Below, piece after piece: positions 1-8,835 of a DNA stretch of 30,486 bases. The stretch is from Acaryochloridaceae cyanobacterium VAR_48_metabat_390 (GTDB lineage: Bacteria; Cyanobacteriota; Cyanobacteriia; Thermosynechococcales; Thermosynechococcaceae). Location: contig JANPLU010000037.1 in NCBI GenBank assembly GCA_031422435.1, positions 1 through 30,486 of the forward strand, given 5' to 3'. The notes beneath the pieces are model-generated. The model was given only the letters and a program-made list of their open reading frames with translations, had not been told where the DNA came from and made no database searches. Within the stretch, counting starts at the first letter, position 1, and every line of letters starts with the position of its first letter. Made by a program: the position numbers and the translations under genes.

Positions 1-255
1 AGCGGATTTTGGATTTATGGGCTTGCGCCTAACGCCAAAGAGTCTCTGCACAAAATGACCTTGAGCGGTCCCATTGTGTTAGTGGTGGGTGCAGAGGGAG
101 AGGGCTTAAGCCTATTGACACAGCGCCACTGTGATGTGTTAGTCTCTATTCCACTTCAGGGTAAAACTGCCAGCCTTAATGCTTCTGTGGCGGGTGGCAT
201 GGCACTTTATGAAATTTTTCGGCAACGATGGATACATAGAGTACATCATGTTTAG
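1..255 (+). CDS. rlmB: 3' end of a TrmH/SpoU-family RNA 2'-O-methyltransferase (RlmB-like); gene starts upstream of the window
   Basis: SPOUT motifs [10 protein letters not shown] and [15 protein letters not shown], ending at TAG 253-255. Confidence 0.85.
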   Translation, partial: SGFWIYGLAPNAKESLHKMTLSGPIVLVVGAEGEGLSLLTQRHCDVLVSIPLQGKTASLNASVAGGMALYEIFRQRWIHRVHHV

Positions 256-376
256 GTCATACTCTGTAAGACTATAAACAAACGTTACGAAAAATTTATT
301 CGCGTTTGCTCTGGCGCGGGGGAACTAGCGCCTTTAGGAGGTTAACATTTTGATAGTTGTTCAAAAAACAAGATCC

Positions 377-661
377 ATGAGTTTAAAAGGCCAGTTGGCT
401 TTCTTGCTAAACCGTTTGGGTCTGGCGTGGTGGATTGAGGTAACGACTCAATCTCCAAAATGCATTTACTATTTTGGACCGTTTGCTTCATCTCAAGAAG
501 CCAAGGAAGAATTGCCAGGATATTTAGAAGATTTAAATCGCGAGAGTGCTGAGGGCATTCAGGCTATTGTGAAGCGCTGTCAGCCTGCGGAGCTAACTAT
601 TTTTGATGAGCCAGAAACGCTGAGTGCGGGTCGGCAGCGTTTTAGTCAACAGATGCCTTAG
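377..661 (+). CDS. DUF1816 family cyanobacterial protein
   Basis: GLAWWIEVTTQSPKCIYYFGPF...GYLEDL..E...KRCQP.ELTIF signature; ATG 377 preferred over TTG 350. Confidence 0.8.
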   Translation: MSLKGQLAFLLNRLGLAWWIEVTTQSPKCIYYFGPFASSQEAKEELPGYLEDLNRESAEGIQAIVKRCQPAELTIFDEPETLSAGRQRFSQQMP

Positions 662-1502
662 CGCTGAAATCATGGTGACTGAGCCACTGCGCAATATCCT
701 GATTCACCTGTGTTGAAATTTCCCAGGGAAAGAGATGAGCGGTTTTGGAATAGCTAATCCATTGGCTATTCCTAAGATGATCCGCTGTTTCATGACTTGC
801 CTGTGGCAAGATGTGGCAGTCATTGGCACCGCTCATTACAAGGCATGGGCAGTCTAAGATTGCGAGATCAGGAACGCGATTGTAGCGCTTTGCTAGGGCC
901 ATATTGAGGGCATTATGAGCATGGCGAGAGGTTTTGAGGGCTGCTGGGGTGCCAGCTTTGGCTAAAAAGCCATAGGCCATTGGAGTATGCTGCGTAAGCA
1001 AGTGCTGCAAAAGCGATCGCCGTCCAAATGTCTCAATATTCCAACGCCAGCCTGGTTTGAGCCAATTTAAGCCCCCAGCGATGAGGGTATAAAGCAGCTC
1101 TAATAGGGTTGGCTGCGGCACATTGCTGACCGGATGGGCGGCAGTGGCGACCAGAATTAGCCCAGGGAATCGAGCCGGATTGCGCAATGCCAGCTCCATT
1201 GCCAAAATTCCGCCTAGAGACCAGCCCAAAATAAGACATTGTTTGATCTCCAATCGATCAAGGAGCGCCTCTAAATCTGTGAGGTGATCTTGCATGGTGA
1301 ACGGTGATCGCGTTTTGCTGCGCCCATAGCCGCGCAGATCGGGGGTGATGGTGCAAAACTCTGCACTGAGGACATCGGTAAAGACCTTCATACAGTCTGC
1401 TGATCCCGGATGTCCGTGAAGACACAGCATAGGAAAGCCTTTGCCCTGCTGATTAACAGTAAGAGGAAAAGAACGGCCTGAAGGGAGAATAGTAGATACC
1501 AT
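642..1502 (-). CDS. Alpha/beta fold hydrolase
   Basis: LHGHPG oxyanion motif, PDLRGYGRS, nucleophile elbow GWSLGG, catalytic His in TAHLFPWE. Confidence 0.9.
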   Translation of the reverse strand: MVSTILPSGRSFPLTVNQQGKGFPMLCLHGHPGSADCMKVFTDVLSAEFCTITPDLRGYGRSKTRSPFTMQDHLTDLEALLDRLEIKQCLILGWSLGGILAMELALRNPARFPGLILVATAAHPVSNVPQPTLLELLYTLIAGGLNWLKPGWRWNIETFGRRSLLQHLLTQHTPMAYGFLAKAGTPAALKTSRHAHNALNMALAKRYNRVPDLAILDCPCLVMSGANDCHILPQASHETADHLRNSQWISYSKTAHLFPWEISTQVNQDIAQWLSHHDFSAKASVD

Positions 1503-1603
1503 AAATTTTTTGATGCCAATAATTCTGATAAATCAACGGTTGGGACTCAAACAGATCTTGCTATACTTAAACCCGCTTTGTTGACTTCCGCTGCCTAAGC
1601 ACC

Positions 1604-2248
1604 ATGCCAGAGCGCCCTCTCTCTCGTCAAATCGCCTATCGTCCAGCGGCTGGCAAACGTTCGCGGGGGAAATCGCGTGGGGCGAAACAAAAAGTAAAGC
1701 GGAAGAAGCGGCTAAAGCTAAAGCAAATCATTGCGGCATCTTTGCTGGGTGGCGGGCTGGCCTATTTTCAGTTTAGGCCAGCGCCAAAGCCGCCTGATGC
1801 GGTTTTAGTGCTGGGCGGTGAGCCACGCCGAGAACAGTTTGCGGCTGAGTTTTCAAAGCAGCACCCAGATCTTCCGATCTGGGTTTCTGGTGGTAGCAAC
1901 CCTGAGTATGCAGAATGGATTTTTCGGCAGGCTGGAGTACCTGAGAACCTGGTTCACCTCGACTATGCCGCCGTTGACACGTTGACTAACTTCACCACGA
2001 TTGTTGATAAGCTGCGATCGCAAAATATCCATAGTATCTACCTCATTACCTCCGACTATCACATGCGGCGATCGCAGTGGATTGGACAAGTTGTGCTGGG
2101 AAGCCGAGGGATTCAGTTTCAGCCCGTCTCGATCCCCACGGACAAGCCTACAGAACCCGTCGAAAAAGCGGTATTTGACGGTCTGCGAGCAGTGTTATGG
2201 GTGGCAACAGGAGACACAGGCATGTCTTGGAAACAGGAATTTAAATAG
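1604..2248 (+). CDS. YdcF/DUF218 family protein with basic N-terminus and membrane anchor
   Basis: DAVLVLGG, VSGG, AVDTLTNF and LITSDYHMRRS motifs. Confidence 0.85.
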   Translation: MPERPLSRQIAYRPAAGKRSRGKSRGAKQKVKRKKRLKLKQIIAASLLGGGLAYFQFRPAPKPPDAVLVLGGEPRREQFAAEFSKQHPDLPIWVSGGSNPEYAEWIFRQAGVPENLVHLDYAAVDTLTNFTTIVDKLRSQNIHSIYLITSDYHMRRSQWIGQVVLGSRGIQFQPVSIPTDKPTEPVEKAVFDGLRAVLWVATGDTGMSWKQEFK

Positions 2249-2283
2249 CAGCGACAGCCGTGCGCAAGAAACCAAAAGCAAGG

Positions 2284-2757
2284 CTATTGCGAGAGAAGCG
2301 CTTGGCACTCTAGCATCAGCTTTTTGTTAATCAAAGCATGGGGCTGCACTTCTAAAGCTCGGTGAAAAGTTTCAATGGCAGCACGATAATTGCCTAAAGC
2401 GGCATAGCATAGCCCTAAACCGTGAAGCGCTCCAAAATGGAACGGCACTAGTCGAAGGGTTGCTTCACAGTCTCGGATCGCCTCGGCATAGCTGTGCTGA
2501 ACGTAGTGCAATACCGCACGTCGGTTCCAAGCTTCAGCAAAATCTGGCATTGCTTCAATGAGCTGGGTTAAAAGTTGCTCTGCTGCTTCAGCGTCCCCTG
2601 CTTCTAATAGCGCTTGGCTGCGCTGGAGCTGTTCTAGCCCCGTCGCGCCTTTTTGCCGAAACCAAAGTTCCCAGAACGCCTGAGTTGCGAGATCGCGGAC
2701 GGCTGGGTCTGCTTCCTTGAGGTTTGCTAATAGCTGCTCTACGGCTCCATCATCCAT
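2284..2757 (-). CDS. Tetratricopeptide repeat protein
   Basis: PDFAEAWNRRAVLHY and HFGALHGLGLCY TPR motifs. An alternative TTG start at 2790 overlaps the rhomboid stop codon. Confidence 0.85.
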   Translation of the reverse strand: MDDGAVEQLLANLKEADPAVRDLATQAFWELWFRQKGATGLEQLQRSQALLEAGDAEAAEQLLTQLIEAMPDFAEAWNRRAVLHYVQHSYAEAIRDCEATLRLVPFHFGALHGLGLCYAALGNYRAAIETFHRALEVQPHALINKKLMLECQALLSQ

Positions 2758-2786
2758 AATCCGTTCGCCGATGCTTCTCTCAAAAA

Positions 2787-3491
2787 TCAATAATCTTTGG
2801 ATTTATCGTCAAATAGACCTAGTAATGGCCCCAATACCGCACCAAACACAAAGCCACCTGCATGTGCCCAGTATGCAATGCCACCGCTCTGCATTCCTAC
2901 GTTGGTCGGCACACTCAGGCTTGCAAAGCTGTAGAGCGCCTGCTGCGCAAACCAAAATCCTAAGAAGAAAAATGCAGGGACCCGAAACGTCCACATAAAG
3001 AATCCTAAGGGAACCAGGGTCAAAATTTCGGCCTGGGGAAACCGCAGAATGTAGGCACCCATCACTCCGGCGATCGCCCCGCTTGCCCCTAGGGAGGGCA
3101 CTACCGAGTAGGCACTAAAAAACCACTGAGCCAGCCCCGCCAAAACGCCGCAGGCGAGATAGAAAATCAGATATTTAACGTGACCCAGCTTATCTTCAAC
3201 GTTATTGCCAAAAATCCAGAGAAAGAGCATGTTTCCGGCAACGTGTAAGAACCCGCCGTGCAAGAACTGTGACGTAATAAGCGTCACCCAGGCCGGAAAC
3301 GGAAGGCCCGTCGGCTGCCCCGCAAAGGAAGCCGTTAACTCACGGGGTACCACCGCCCACACGCGAAAAAAAGCCTCTAGCTGCTCCCCTAAACTAAGTT
3401 CGTACGCAAAAACCGCAATATTGATTGCAACTAGGACATAAGTTACAAAAGGAACAATTCGGGTCGGGTTATTATCACGAAGAGGAACCAC
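2787..3491 (-). CDS. Rhomboid family intramembrane serine protease
   Basis: FLHGGFLHVAGNMLFLWIFG, catalytic GASG, AYWAHAGGF. Confidence 0.95.
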   Translation of the reverse strand: MVPLRDNNPTRIVPFVTYVLVAINIAVFAYELSLGEQLEAFFRVWAVVPRELTASFAGQPTGLPFPAWVTLITSQFLHGGFLHVAGNMLFLWIFGNNVEDKLGHVKYLIFYLACGVLAGLAQWFFSAYSVVPSLGASGAIAGVMGAYILRFPQAEILTLVPLGFFMWTFRVPAFFFLGFWFAQQALYSFASLSVPTNVGMQSGGIAYWAHAGGFVFGAVLGPLLGLFDDKSKDY

Positions 3492-3570
3492 AGGCTTACC
3501 GCTCTACTGCTACAACTAAAAGTACACTATCCTCAACCTTTTATGCCGCAGCCCTGCCTGAGGGATCTTC

Positions 3571-4926
3571 ATGTCTAGAACGACGCGTCCGTTCTCTCCC
3601 CGTTTTGGTCTAAATCCCATCAAGCGCAGGTTACGCGAAAGCAGCGTTGAAAAAATTCAGCAGCGTCGTCAAGTTCTGATGCAGGGCTTAGAAGATGCTT
3701 CTTTGAACTGGTGGGAATGGGTTGTCTTGACAGGTCAACTGCGGGAGATTAACACCGCTGAGCGCTGGATGGAAACAATCTTGGCAGCACCTGAACCCTC
3801 GCCTCCTGTTATCGCCTCTGAAACATTAGAGCAGGACCCGTTCCCTTCGGGACGGTCTTTGGCACTACGGCAGTCTGAGTTTTTGACTCTAAACCCCAAT
3901 GCTTTTGCAGCAGATCCAGATTTCCAGACCATTAAGTCTGTTGTCTTAGATCGTTTGGTTGAAAAACTTAGTTTGCCTCTGACCAATCAAACCAGCACAC
4001 CTCTTGAGATAGATATTCTAAAGTCTGTTAAAAAGCAGGAGCTGTTTTTAATTGTGCTCAGGCAGTTTGAAGCACTGCTTGACGAACTGCGGTTTTCTCA
4101 AGTCCCGCGATCGCAGATCCCTCTGCGGCAATCGCAGATCCTGCAAGATTTGTGGCAAAACGCCATCACTGATTTTCTCGGAAAGTACCGCACGTTCCCG
4201 TCGGGCATCCAAGACAGCTTAAATGCTGTATCCGCCACCGCCATTGTGCCGCAGATCCTTCTAGATGCTCCCCTTGTGAATAGCGCAATCTTAAGCCGCG
4301 TACCGCTATTTGTAGAGCTGGTAGATCATTTACTGTTTCACTCAGACCTTGTGATGGATCAGCAGGTTTACCCAGTTGGGTCTTCAGAGGCGATTCTGCA
4401 AAGCGAAGCCATTCTGGGCAATGTGGTTTTACAGGTCTCTAACGCGGTCGTCCAGCCCCTAATCAACCGTTTTTCAGCCGTGGACGAACTGCGGCGTGAC
4501 TTTTTTGATCGTCGCTGGCTCTCAACTCGTGAAATTGAGCGGTTTCGCAATGCCCTGTCTTGGAAATATCGAGTGCAGCAGTGGGTGATGGAGCCAACGG
4601 ATATTTTTGAGAGTCAGTACCGGCTATTGGTCTTTAGCGAAATAGGGCTTCAGTACCGCACCCTCTATGCCGCCCGTGACCCAGAACTCAAGATTCTTTC
4701 TGGGGTTCCGTTTATTGTCACATTGGCATTGGAGACAAGAGATGCGATCGCCCCTCCTCTCCAAGCCGCTGTCACGTTTCTAGGCCGTGGCGTTGTGTTT
4801 GTGCTAACCCAAATTATTGGTCGCAGCATTGGGTTAGTGGGGCGTGGGGTGCTGCAAGGGGTTGGTTACGTGAAGGGAGAAGTGCGATCGCGATCAGCTT
4901 CATCGGCGAATCAGCGTCAGCCTTAA
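3571..4926 (+). CDS. ycf55: DUF3685 / Ycf55-like protein, apparently without the N-terminal receiver-like domain
   Basis: LSTREIERFRNALSW, EPTDIFESQY, VTLALETRDAIAP and IGRSIGLVGRGVLQGVG motifs. Confidence 0.8.
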   Translation: MSRTTRPFSPRFGLNPIKRRLRESSVEKIQQRRQVLMQGLEDASLNWWEWVVLTGQLREINTAERWMETILAAPEPSPPVIASETLEQDPFPSGRSLALRQSEFLTLNPNAFAADPDFQTIKSVVLDRLVEKLSLPLTNQTSTPLEIDILKSVKKQELFLIVLRQFEALLDELRFSQVPRSQIPLRQSQILQDLWQNAITDFLGKYRTFPSGIQDSLNAVSATAIVPQILLDAPLVNSAILSRVPLFVELVDHLLFHSDLVMDQQVYPVGSSEAILQSEAILGNVVLQVSNAVVQPLINRFSAVDELRRDFFDRRWLSTREIERFRNALSWKYRVQQWVMEPTDIFESQYRLLVFSEIGLQYRTLYAARDPELKILSGVPFIVTLALETRDAIAPPLQAAVTFLGRGVVFVLTQIIGRSIGLVGRGVLQGVGYVKGEVRSRSASSANQRQP

Positions 4927-5066
4927 AACTGGCTAACGCTCATCATCACTCACTACAGCGGTTTGCAGTATTATCAAGGACAGTCCGGCAAATTCTAAAT
5001 CCTGAGATTATTTCTAATAAATAATTTTAGTCAAACTGGGTGTCTCTTATGTGAATAAAAATTGCT

Positions 5067-5249
5067 GTGGGGTTGAGAAACTTTGCGTTTCTACTTTACT
5101 CAGTAACATTTGTTTTTATCGTTGCCTTTATTATCTCGGCGAACATTTCCTATCTATGGGGAAGGATTGAGAGAATAGTTAAAATTACCTTGATATTTAC
5201 ATTGTTGCTCAAAGCTCTCTTCGGACTTATACTTGGCTATTACTTTTAG
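5067..5249 (+). CDS. Possible small two-helix membrane protein (60 aa); may be spurious
   Basis: Two hydrophobic stretches separated by RIERIVK; GTG start; T-rich DNA can produce such ORFs by chance. Confidence 0.25.
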   Translation: MGLRNFAFLLYSVTFVFIVAFIISANISYLWGRIERIVKITLIFTLLLKALFGLILGYYF

Positions 5250-5273
5250 TCATTATGCCTTTGAGAACCAATG

Positions 5274-5852
5274 CTAATCCCGTGGTTCTGGGTAAGAAAG
5301 TTTAAAAAATAAGCATTCTGTCCCAATTAAGCAAGATTCAATTAGTGGCACCAATTCAAGTCGAGACAGCCTGCTGTTGCTGCGTCTGTATTTTAACTTT
5401 CGCCTTATAAAGTCAGCATTACTGCGATTTTTGTTTGGTAAAATCCAGTCCTGCTTTAGGTTGCTACCCTCAACCAGATCAGCTAGCTCTTCAACTCTTG
5501 AAACCAGAAGTGTCACTTTGCCTCCGCAGTGAGATTTAATCGCGCCAACTACCTCCTCAGAAACCTCCTTAGTGAGAATAAAAAGAATTGAACCAGTCAT
5601 ATCAGCAATTAAATCTGCATCAACGCCCTTTGCCAAAACAAAAAACTTGCGGCAATTGGGCGGCTTTCTGTCTTTATTGATCATTTTAAGAGAAATATTT
5701 TTGTCCATTAGTCGTAGATGAATAGACGGAGATCCGATTACGACAATGATTGATGTACTATCCTTTTTAAGCCATGCCCTTTGAAGCAAATCGATTGTAT
5801 CAAGAGTTTCCTCTCGTATTCGCATTTGTCGATAAGAATCTTTAGAATTCAT
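5274..5852 (-). CDS. Hypothetical protein (192 aa), no family recognised
   Basis: 579-bp ORF in AT-rich DNA; ATG preceded by a GAGG Shine-Dalgarno-like sequence. Confidence 0.6.
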   Translation of the reverse strand: MNSKDSYRQMRIREETLDTIDLLQRAWLKKDSTSIIVVIGSPSIHLRLMDKNISLKMINKDRKPPNCRKFFVLAKGVDADLIADMTGSILFILTKEVSEEVVGAIKSHCGGKVTLLVSRVEELADLVEGSNLKQDWILPNKNRSNADFIRRKLKYRRSNSRLSRLELVPLIESCLIGTECLFFKLSYPEPRD

Positions 5853-6049
5853 TACTCATTCCTCGTCATATCGAAATTCTTGCTCTTGGATACGGCTATG
5901 GCATTTAGAATGGAGTAAATAGGGTATACCCATCATCAACATCTCGCCAGGAAAATTCCTCATTTACCCCCGCTTTCTGCTCCACGGTACCTCAAATTCC
6001 TCATTAGAAAAAATAATAGAGCGGGCAATTGATGAGGTCAAAAAAATTA

Positions 6050-7066
6050 TTAATAATGAGAAACTTTGTTGATTTGATAGCCTAGTGACTGAGAAACCTT
6101 CAAAATACCTTCCATATTATGAATCCCCCACTGATTGCAAACAGCAATTTGGAAACCATCATTAGTTTTAAGAATTTCATCTTCATTTAGAAAATGACGT
6201 TTATGTCCAGTATTATCAAAAATCTGTTGAGCTTTATCTCTAACTTCTATAAAAGAGTGATTGTTATGAAGTTCCTGTGGAAAAATTTCTCTTAGCTCTC
6301 GCAAAGTAGTTTGCGGATTTTCTGTTAAATATTGTTGAACAATAGCTAGCACCAATTTTCTTTTATTATAAAATAATTCCCTGAATTCATACTTAGTTTG
6401 ATCTCTGTTGGATAGAGCTATAGCTCTTCTTTCATTAGACTGTTTTTGAATTCTGATTTGATAATCTTCCGCTTCAGGGAGTGGAATGATTTGCTCTATG
6501 TCAAGCAATAGATTATTACCCTCTTTGTAGGGTTGAATCCTTACACAGCGAATATCTAGGTTTCGACCATTGAGCCACATTACAGAGGTTGTTAGCTCTC
6601 TAGAAAAATTTGCCGATGCTAAGACAATTCTGATATCGTTTGGAAACTCACGTTCCATTGAGTTGCTCCAGTTCAAGAAGCTTAAAATTTCTACTTCAGC
6701 ATTTTTATCAACTTGACGGGCGTTAAGATACTGTTGAAAAGCCGCTACAGCAGCTTTAAATGTCATAGTCGATGCCATTGCGGCGTATCTTAAAGCCTGA
6801 AGCTCCATGTGTGCGCCAGTTTCGTCTCGCTTTAATTCAATGATGACAAGATTGGCCTCTTTATCAAGTCCAAGTAAGTCGATCCGCCGAGAGCCAAAGT
6901 CCCATTCAGAGAACTCTTCGGAGATGATAAGGGTATCAGGCGAAATAATCTCAATATTGTCGCGCAAAGCAGCTTGAAGGTTTTGCCTTTCTAAAACTCC
7001 TTCTGACTGAAAGGTAGTGCGTTTGAGTGCTGATATCGTTGTATTTTGGAGAGTATACAAGGTCAT
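6050..7066 (-). CDS. NucS/DUF91-like PD-(D/E)XK endonuclease with an extra C-terminal domain
   Basis: E..LQ helix, RRIDLLGLDKEANLVIIELKR (D...ExK) and QALRYAA (QxxxY) motifs. Confidence 0.8.
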   Translation of the reverse strand: MTLYTLQNTTISALKRTTFQSEGVLERQNLQAALRDNIEIISPDTLIISEEFSEWDFGSRRIDLLGLDKEANLVIIELKRDETGAHMELQALRYAAMASTMTFKAAVAAFQQYLNARQVDKNAEVEILSFLNWSNSMEREFPNDIRIVLASANFSRELTTSVMWLNGRNLDIRCVRIQPYKEGNNLLLDIEQIIPLPEAEDYQIRIQKQSNERRAIALSNRDQTKYEFRELFYNKRKLVLAIVQQYLTENPQTTLRELREIFPQELHNNHSFIEVRDKAQQIFDNTGHKRHFLNEDEILKTNDGFQIAVCNQWGIHNMEGILKVSQSLGYQINKVSHY

Positions 7067-7370
7067 TTAAAAATCCAGAACTATTGTTGAAAGGATTCCC
7101 TTTCTAAGATGGTTTTGATCATTTTGAATAAAATATTATTGTTTTGCATGATTTGTTCGCCATTGGCTTGCCGACAATTACTCAAATTTACAAAGGGCTG
7201 AGACATAGCGGTTAGTATTCGCAAGGGTAGGAATATTGCCGAAATTCTGAAGTTTTCCTTATGCTGGGGTTAGTGCGGGTGATTTAGTTTGGGCGATCGC
7301 GTCTAACGGCGAGGTTGCCAATTCGTTAAATACGTGCGATGATACGTGTTAATTGCGTAATTCAAATACA

Positions 7371-7712
7371 ATGCCTAAATATAACGGAAGCATAACAACT
7401 ACAGGACGTTCAGAGGCTATTAGGCTGGATAAGGATTTATTTAAGCAACATCCTGAATTTCAACAGAAAGCAAAGGTACAAGCTTCGGTGATTGCCCCTG
7501 GACAGATGCTAATTTCTCTGCTCGATAATGTTGCGTCTAACGATGAGGATCCCATTGTGATGGCTTTCTTGAGCTTTATTGCACAGGATATGCTGAAATC
7601 CCCTGATCGCATCATTCCACTTTCGGACGAGTTATTACAGAATATGTCTGTGTTGACGCAAGGTGTTGAAGTTTTCGATGAAGAAGTATTGCCGGATGAG
7701 ATCAGTTTTTAA
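7371..7712 (+). CDS. prlF: PrlF/SohA-like (AbrB-fold) antitoxin
   Basis: GSITTTGRSEAIRL AbrB-type N-terminus, DEDPIVMAFLSFIAQDM PrlF-like motif, acidic tail; lies directly upstream of yhaV; ATG at 7371. Confidence 0.8.
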   Translation: MPKYNGSITTTGRSEAIRLDKDLFKQHPEFQQKAKVQASVIAPGQMLISLLDNVASNDEDPIVMAFLSFIAQDMLKSPDRIIPLSDELLQNMSVLTQGVEVFDEEVLPDEISF

Positions 7713-7714
7713 GA

Positions 7715-8173
7715 ATGCCTTTTTATGCCAAACGTAATGGATGGAAGCTGTTTTACTACTCAGCTTTTCAAGTTTCGCTTGATTCCCTAATCAAGGAAGT
7801 TCAAAGACTCAAAGAAGAACAGACAGATACTTTTCAACATCACCCTAAGACTAAGTTACTTAAGCGAATTTTAGAATTAGTTGAAAACGAAATTCCGATA
7901 AATCCAGGCGCAAAAGAATATGCACTGGGGAATACGTTAGGGAATTCGTATCGTCACTGGCGCAGAGCTAAATTTTTAGGTCGATTTCGCCTATTCTTTC
8001 GTTATAGTAGCGATGAAAAAATAATCATCTACACCTGGGTAAGCGATCAGAATACGCTACGCAAAGCGGGTTCAAAAACTGACCCGTATGCAGTATTTCG
8101 TAAGTTGCTTTTCGCAGGCGAACCTCCAGATAACTGGAAAATTCTGCTCGAATCTTCTGAGGATTTTGAATAA
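7715..8173 (+). CDS. yhaV: YhaV family toxin (RelE-superfamily RNase)
   Basis: NGW.L, GNTLG..YRHWRRAKF.GRFRLFFRY and TLRKAGSKTDPYAVF motifs. Confidence 0.92.
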   Translation: MPFYAKRNGWKLFYYSAFQVSLDSLIKEVQRLKEEQTDTFQHHPKTKLLKRILELVENEIPINPGAKEYALGNTLGNSYRHWRRAKFLGRFRLFFRYSSDEKIIIYTWVSDQNTLRKAGSKTDPYAVFRKLLFAGEPPDNWKILLESSEDFE

Positions 8174-8199
8174 GTGCTTTGGGTTGGGCTTTCTGTTAC

Positions 8200-8220
8200 C
8201 CTATGCAGGAAACCTGTAGG
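8200..8220. promoter_or_regulatory. Imperfect inverted repeat, probable yefM-yoeB autoregulatory operator
   Basis: CCTATGCAGG-AAA-CCTGTAGG directly upstream of the antitoxin ATG at 8232. Confidence 0.4.
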
Positions 8221-8231
8221 ACTGAATTCCT

Positions 8232-8561
8232 ATGATGCCTGTAGCAGTAAATTACACCCACTATACCCAGGCACGAGATAACTTTATGAGGATTTTAGAG
8301 CAGGTTGAGCAAGGCGACTCCATTGTTGTTGTGCAGCGTCGTGGTCATGCTTATGTCGCCATGATTGCAGCCGATAAACTCTCGTCGTTATTTAGCGCAG
8401 GTTCATCTATTGAGTTCTCCAGGAAATGCTAAACGCCTGTTTGCGTCACTGGAATGGTCACAGCAGCGGTTAAGCGAACCACCCCCTCAAGTGACCACCG
8501 CAAAACTTCGTGCAGAACTGGAGGCTGAACACTTGTCCAAAAAAAAGCCTCAAAAAGCTGA
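8232..8561 (+). pseudogene. yefM: Phd/YefM family antitoxin, frameshifted near 8391; 3' end uncertain
   Basis: YTQARDNF...VVQRRGH..VAMIAADKLSSL in one frame continues as LAQVHLLSSPGNAKRLF in the +1 frame (tcg tta T tta gcg); the annotated frame stops at 8432. Confidence 0.75.
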
Positions 8562-8835
8562 AGCCGAAGTTATTCGAGTCTTTCCAGAACGTAGCCCACA
8601 GTTTCGAGAAGATTTTTGGTGGTGGGCAAACACAGAGCCTAGATTACGGCAGCGTTTATGGGATTTGATCGAGTCCATCGTCCAAGATCCTTTCATAGGG
8701 ATAGGCAAGCCAGAACCGCTTAAACACCTTGGCTCTAACCTAGGATCACGACGAATTAACTTAGAGCATCGTCTCGTCTATCGCATAGAACGAAATCACA
8801 TCTTATTTTTGCAAGCTCGATATCACTACAAATAA
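8533..8835 (+). CDS. yoeB: Txe/YoeB family toxin
   Basis: TTG start 8 nt after GGAGG (8520-8524); DPFIGIGKPEPLKH, SRRINLEHRLVY and ARYHY motifs. Confidence 0.85.
   Translation: MSKKKPQKAEAEVIRVFPERSPQFREDFWWWANTEPRLRQRLWDLIESIVQDPFIGIGKPEPLKHLGSNLGSRRINLEHRLVYRIERNHILFLQARYHYK

Noticed and set aside
4954..4970. TACAGCGGTTTGCAGTA at the islet's left edge as an IS/MITE end
   Set aside because: No matching inverted copy, target duplication or transposase found in the window.
7301..7331. Integron attC-like ends GTCTAAC...GTTAAAT upstream of the TA genes
   Set aside because: Only 31 bp long, shorter than known attC sites; no L boxes, no second copy and no integrase.
8365..8835. 156-aa ORF as a genuine long YoeB or natural fusion
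   Set aside because: Its N-terminal part is the out-of-frame antitoxin tail, and a better start (GGAGG plus TTG 8533) gives a normal 100-aa YoeB.
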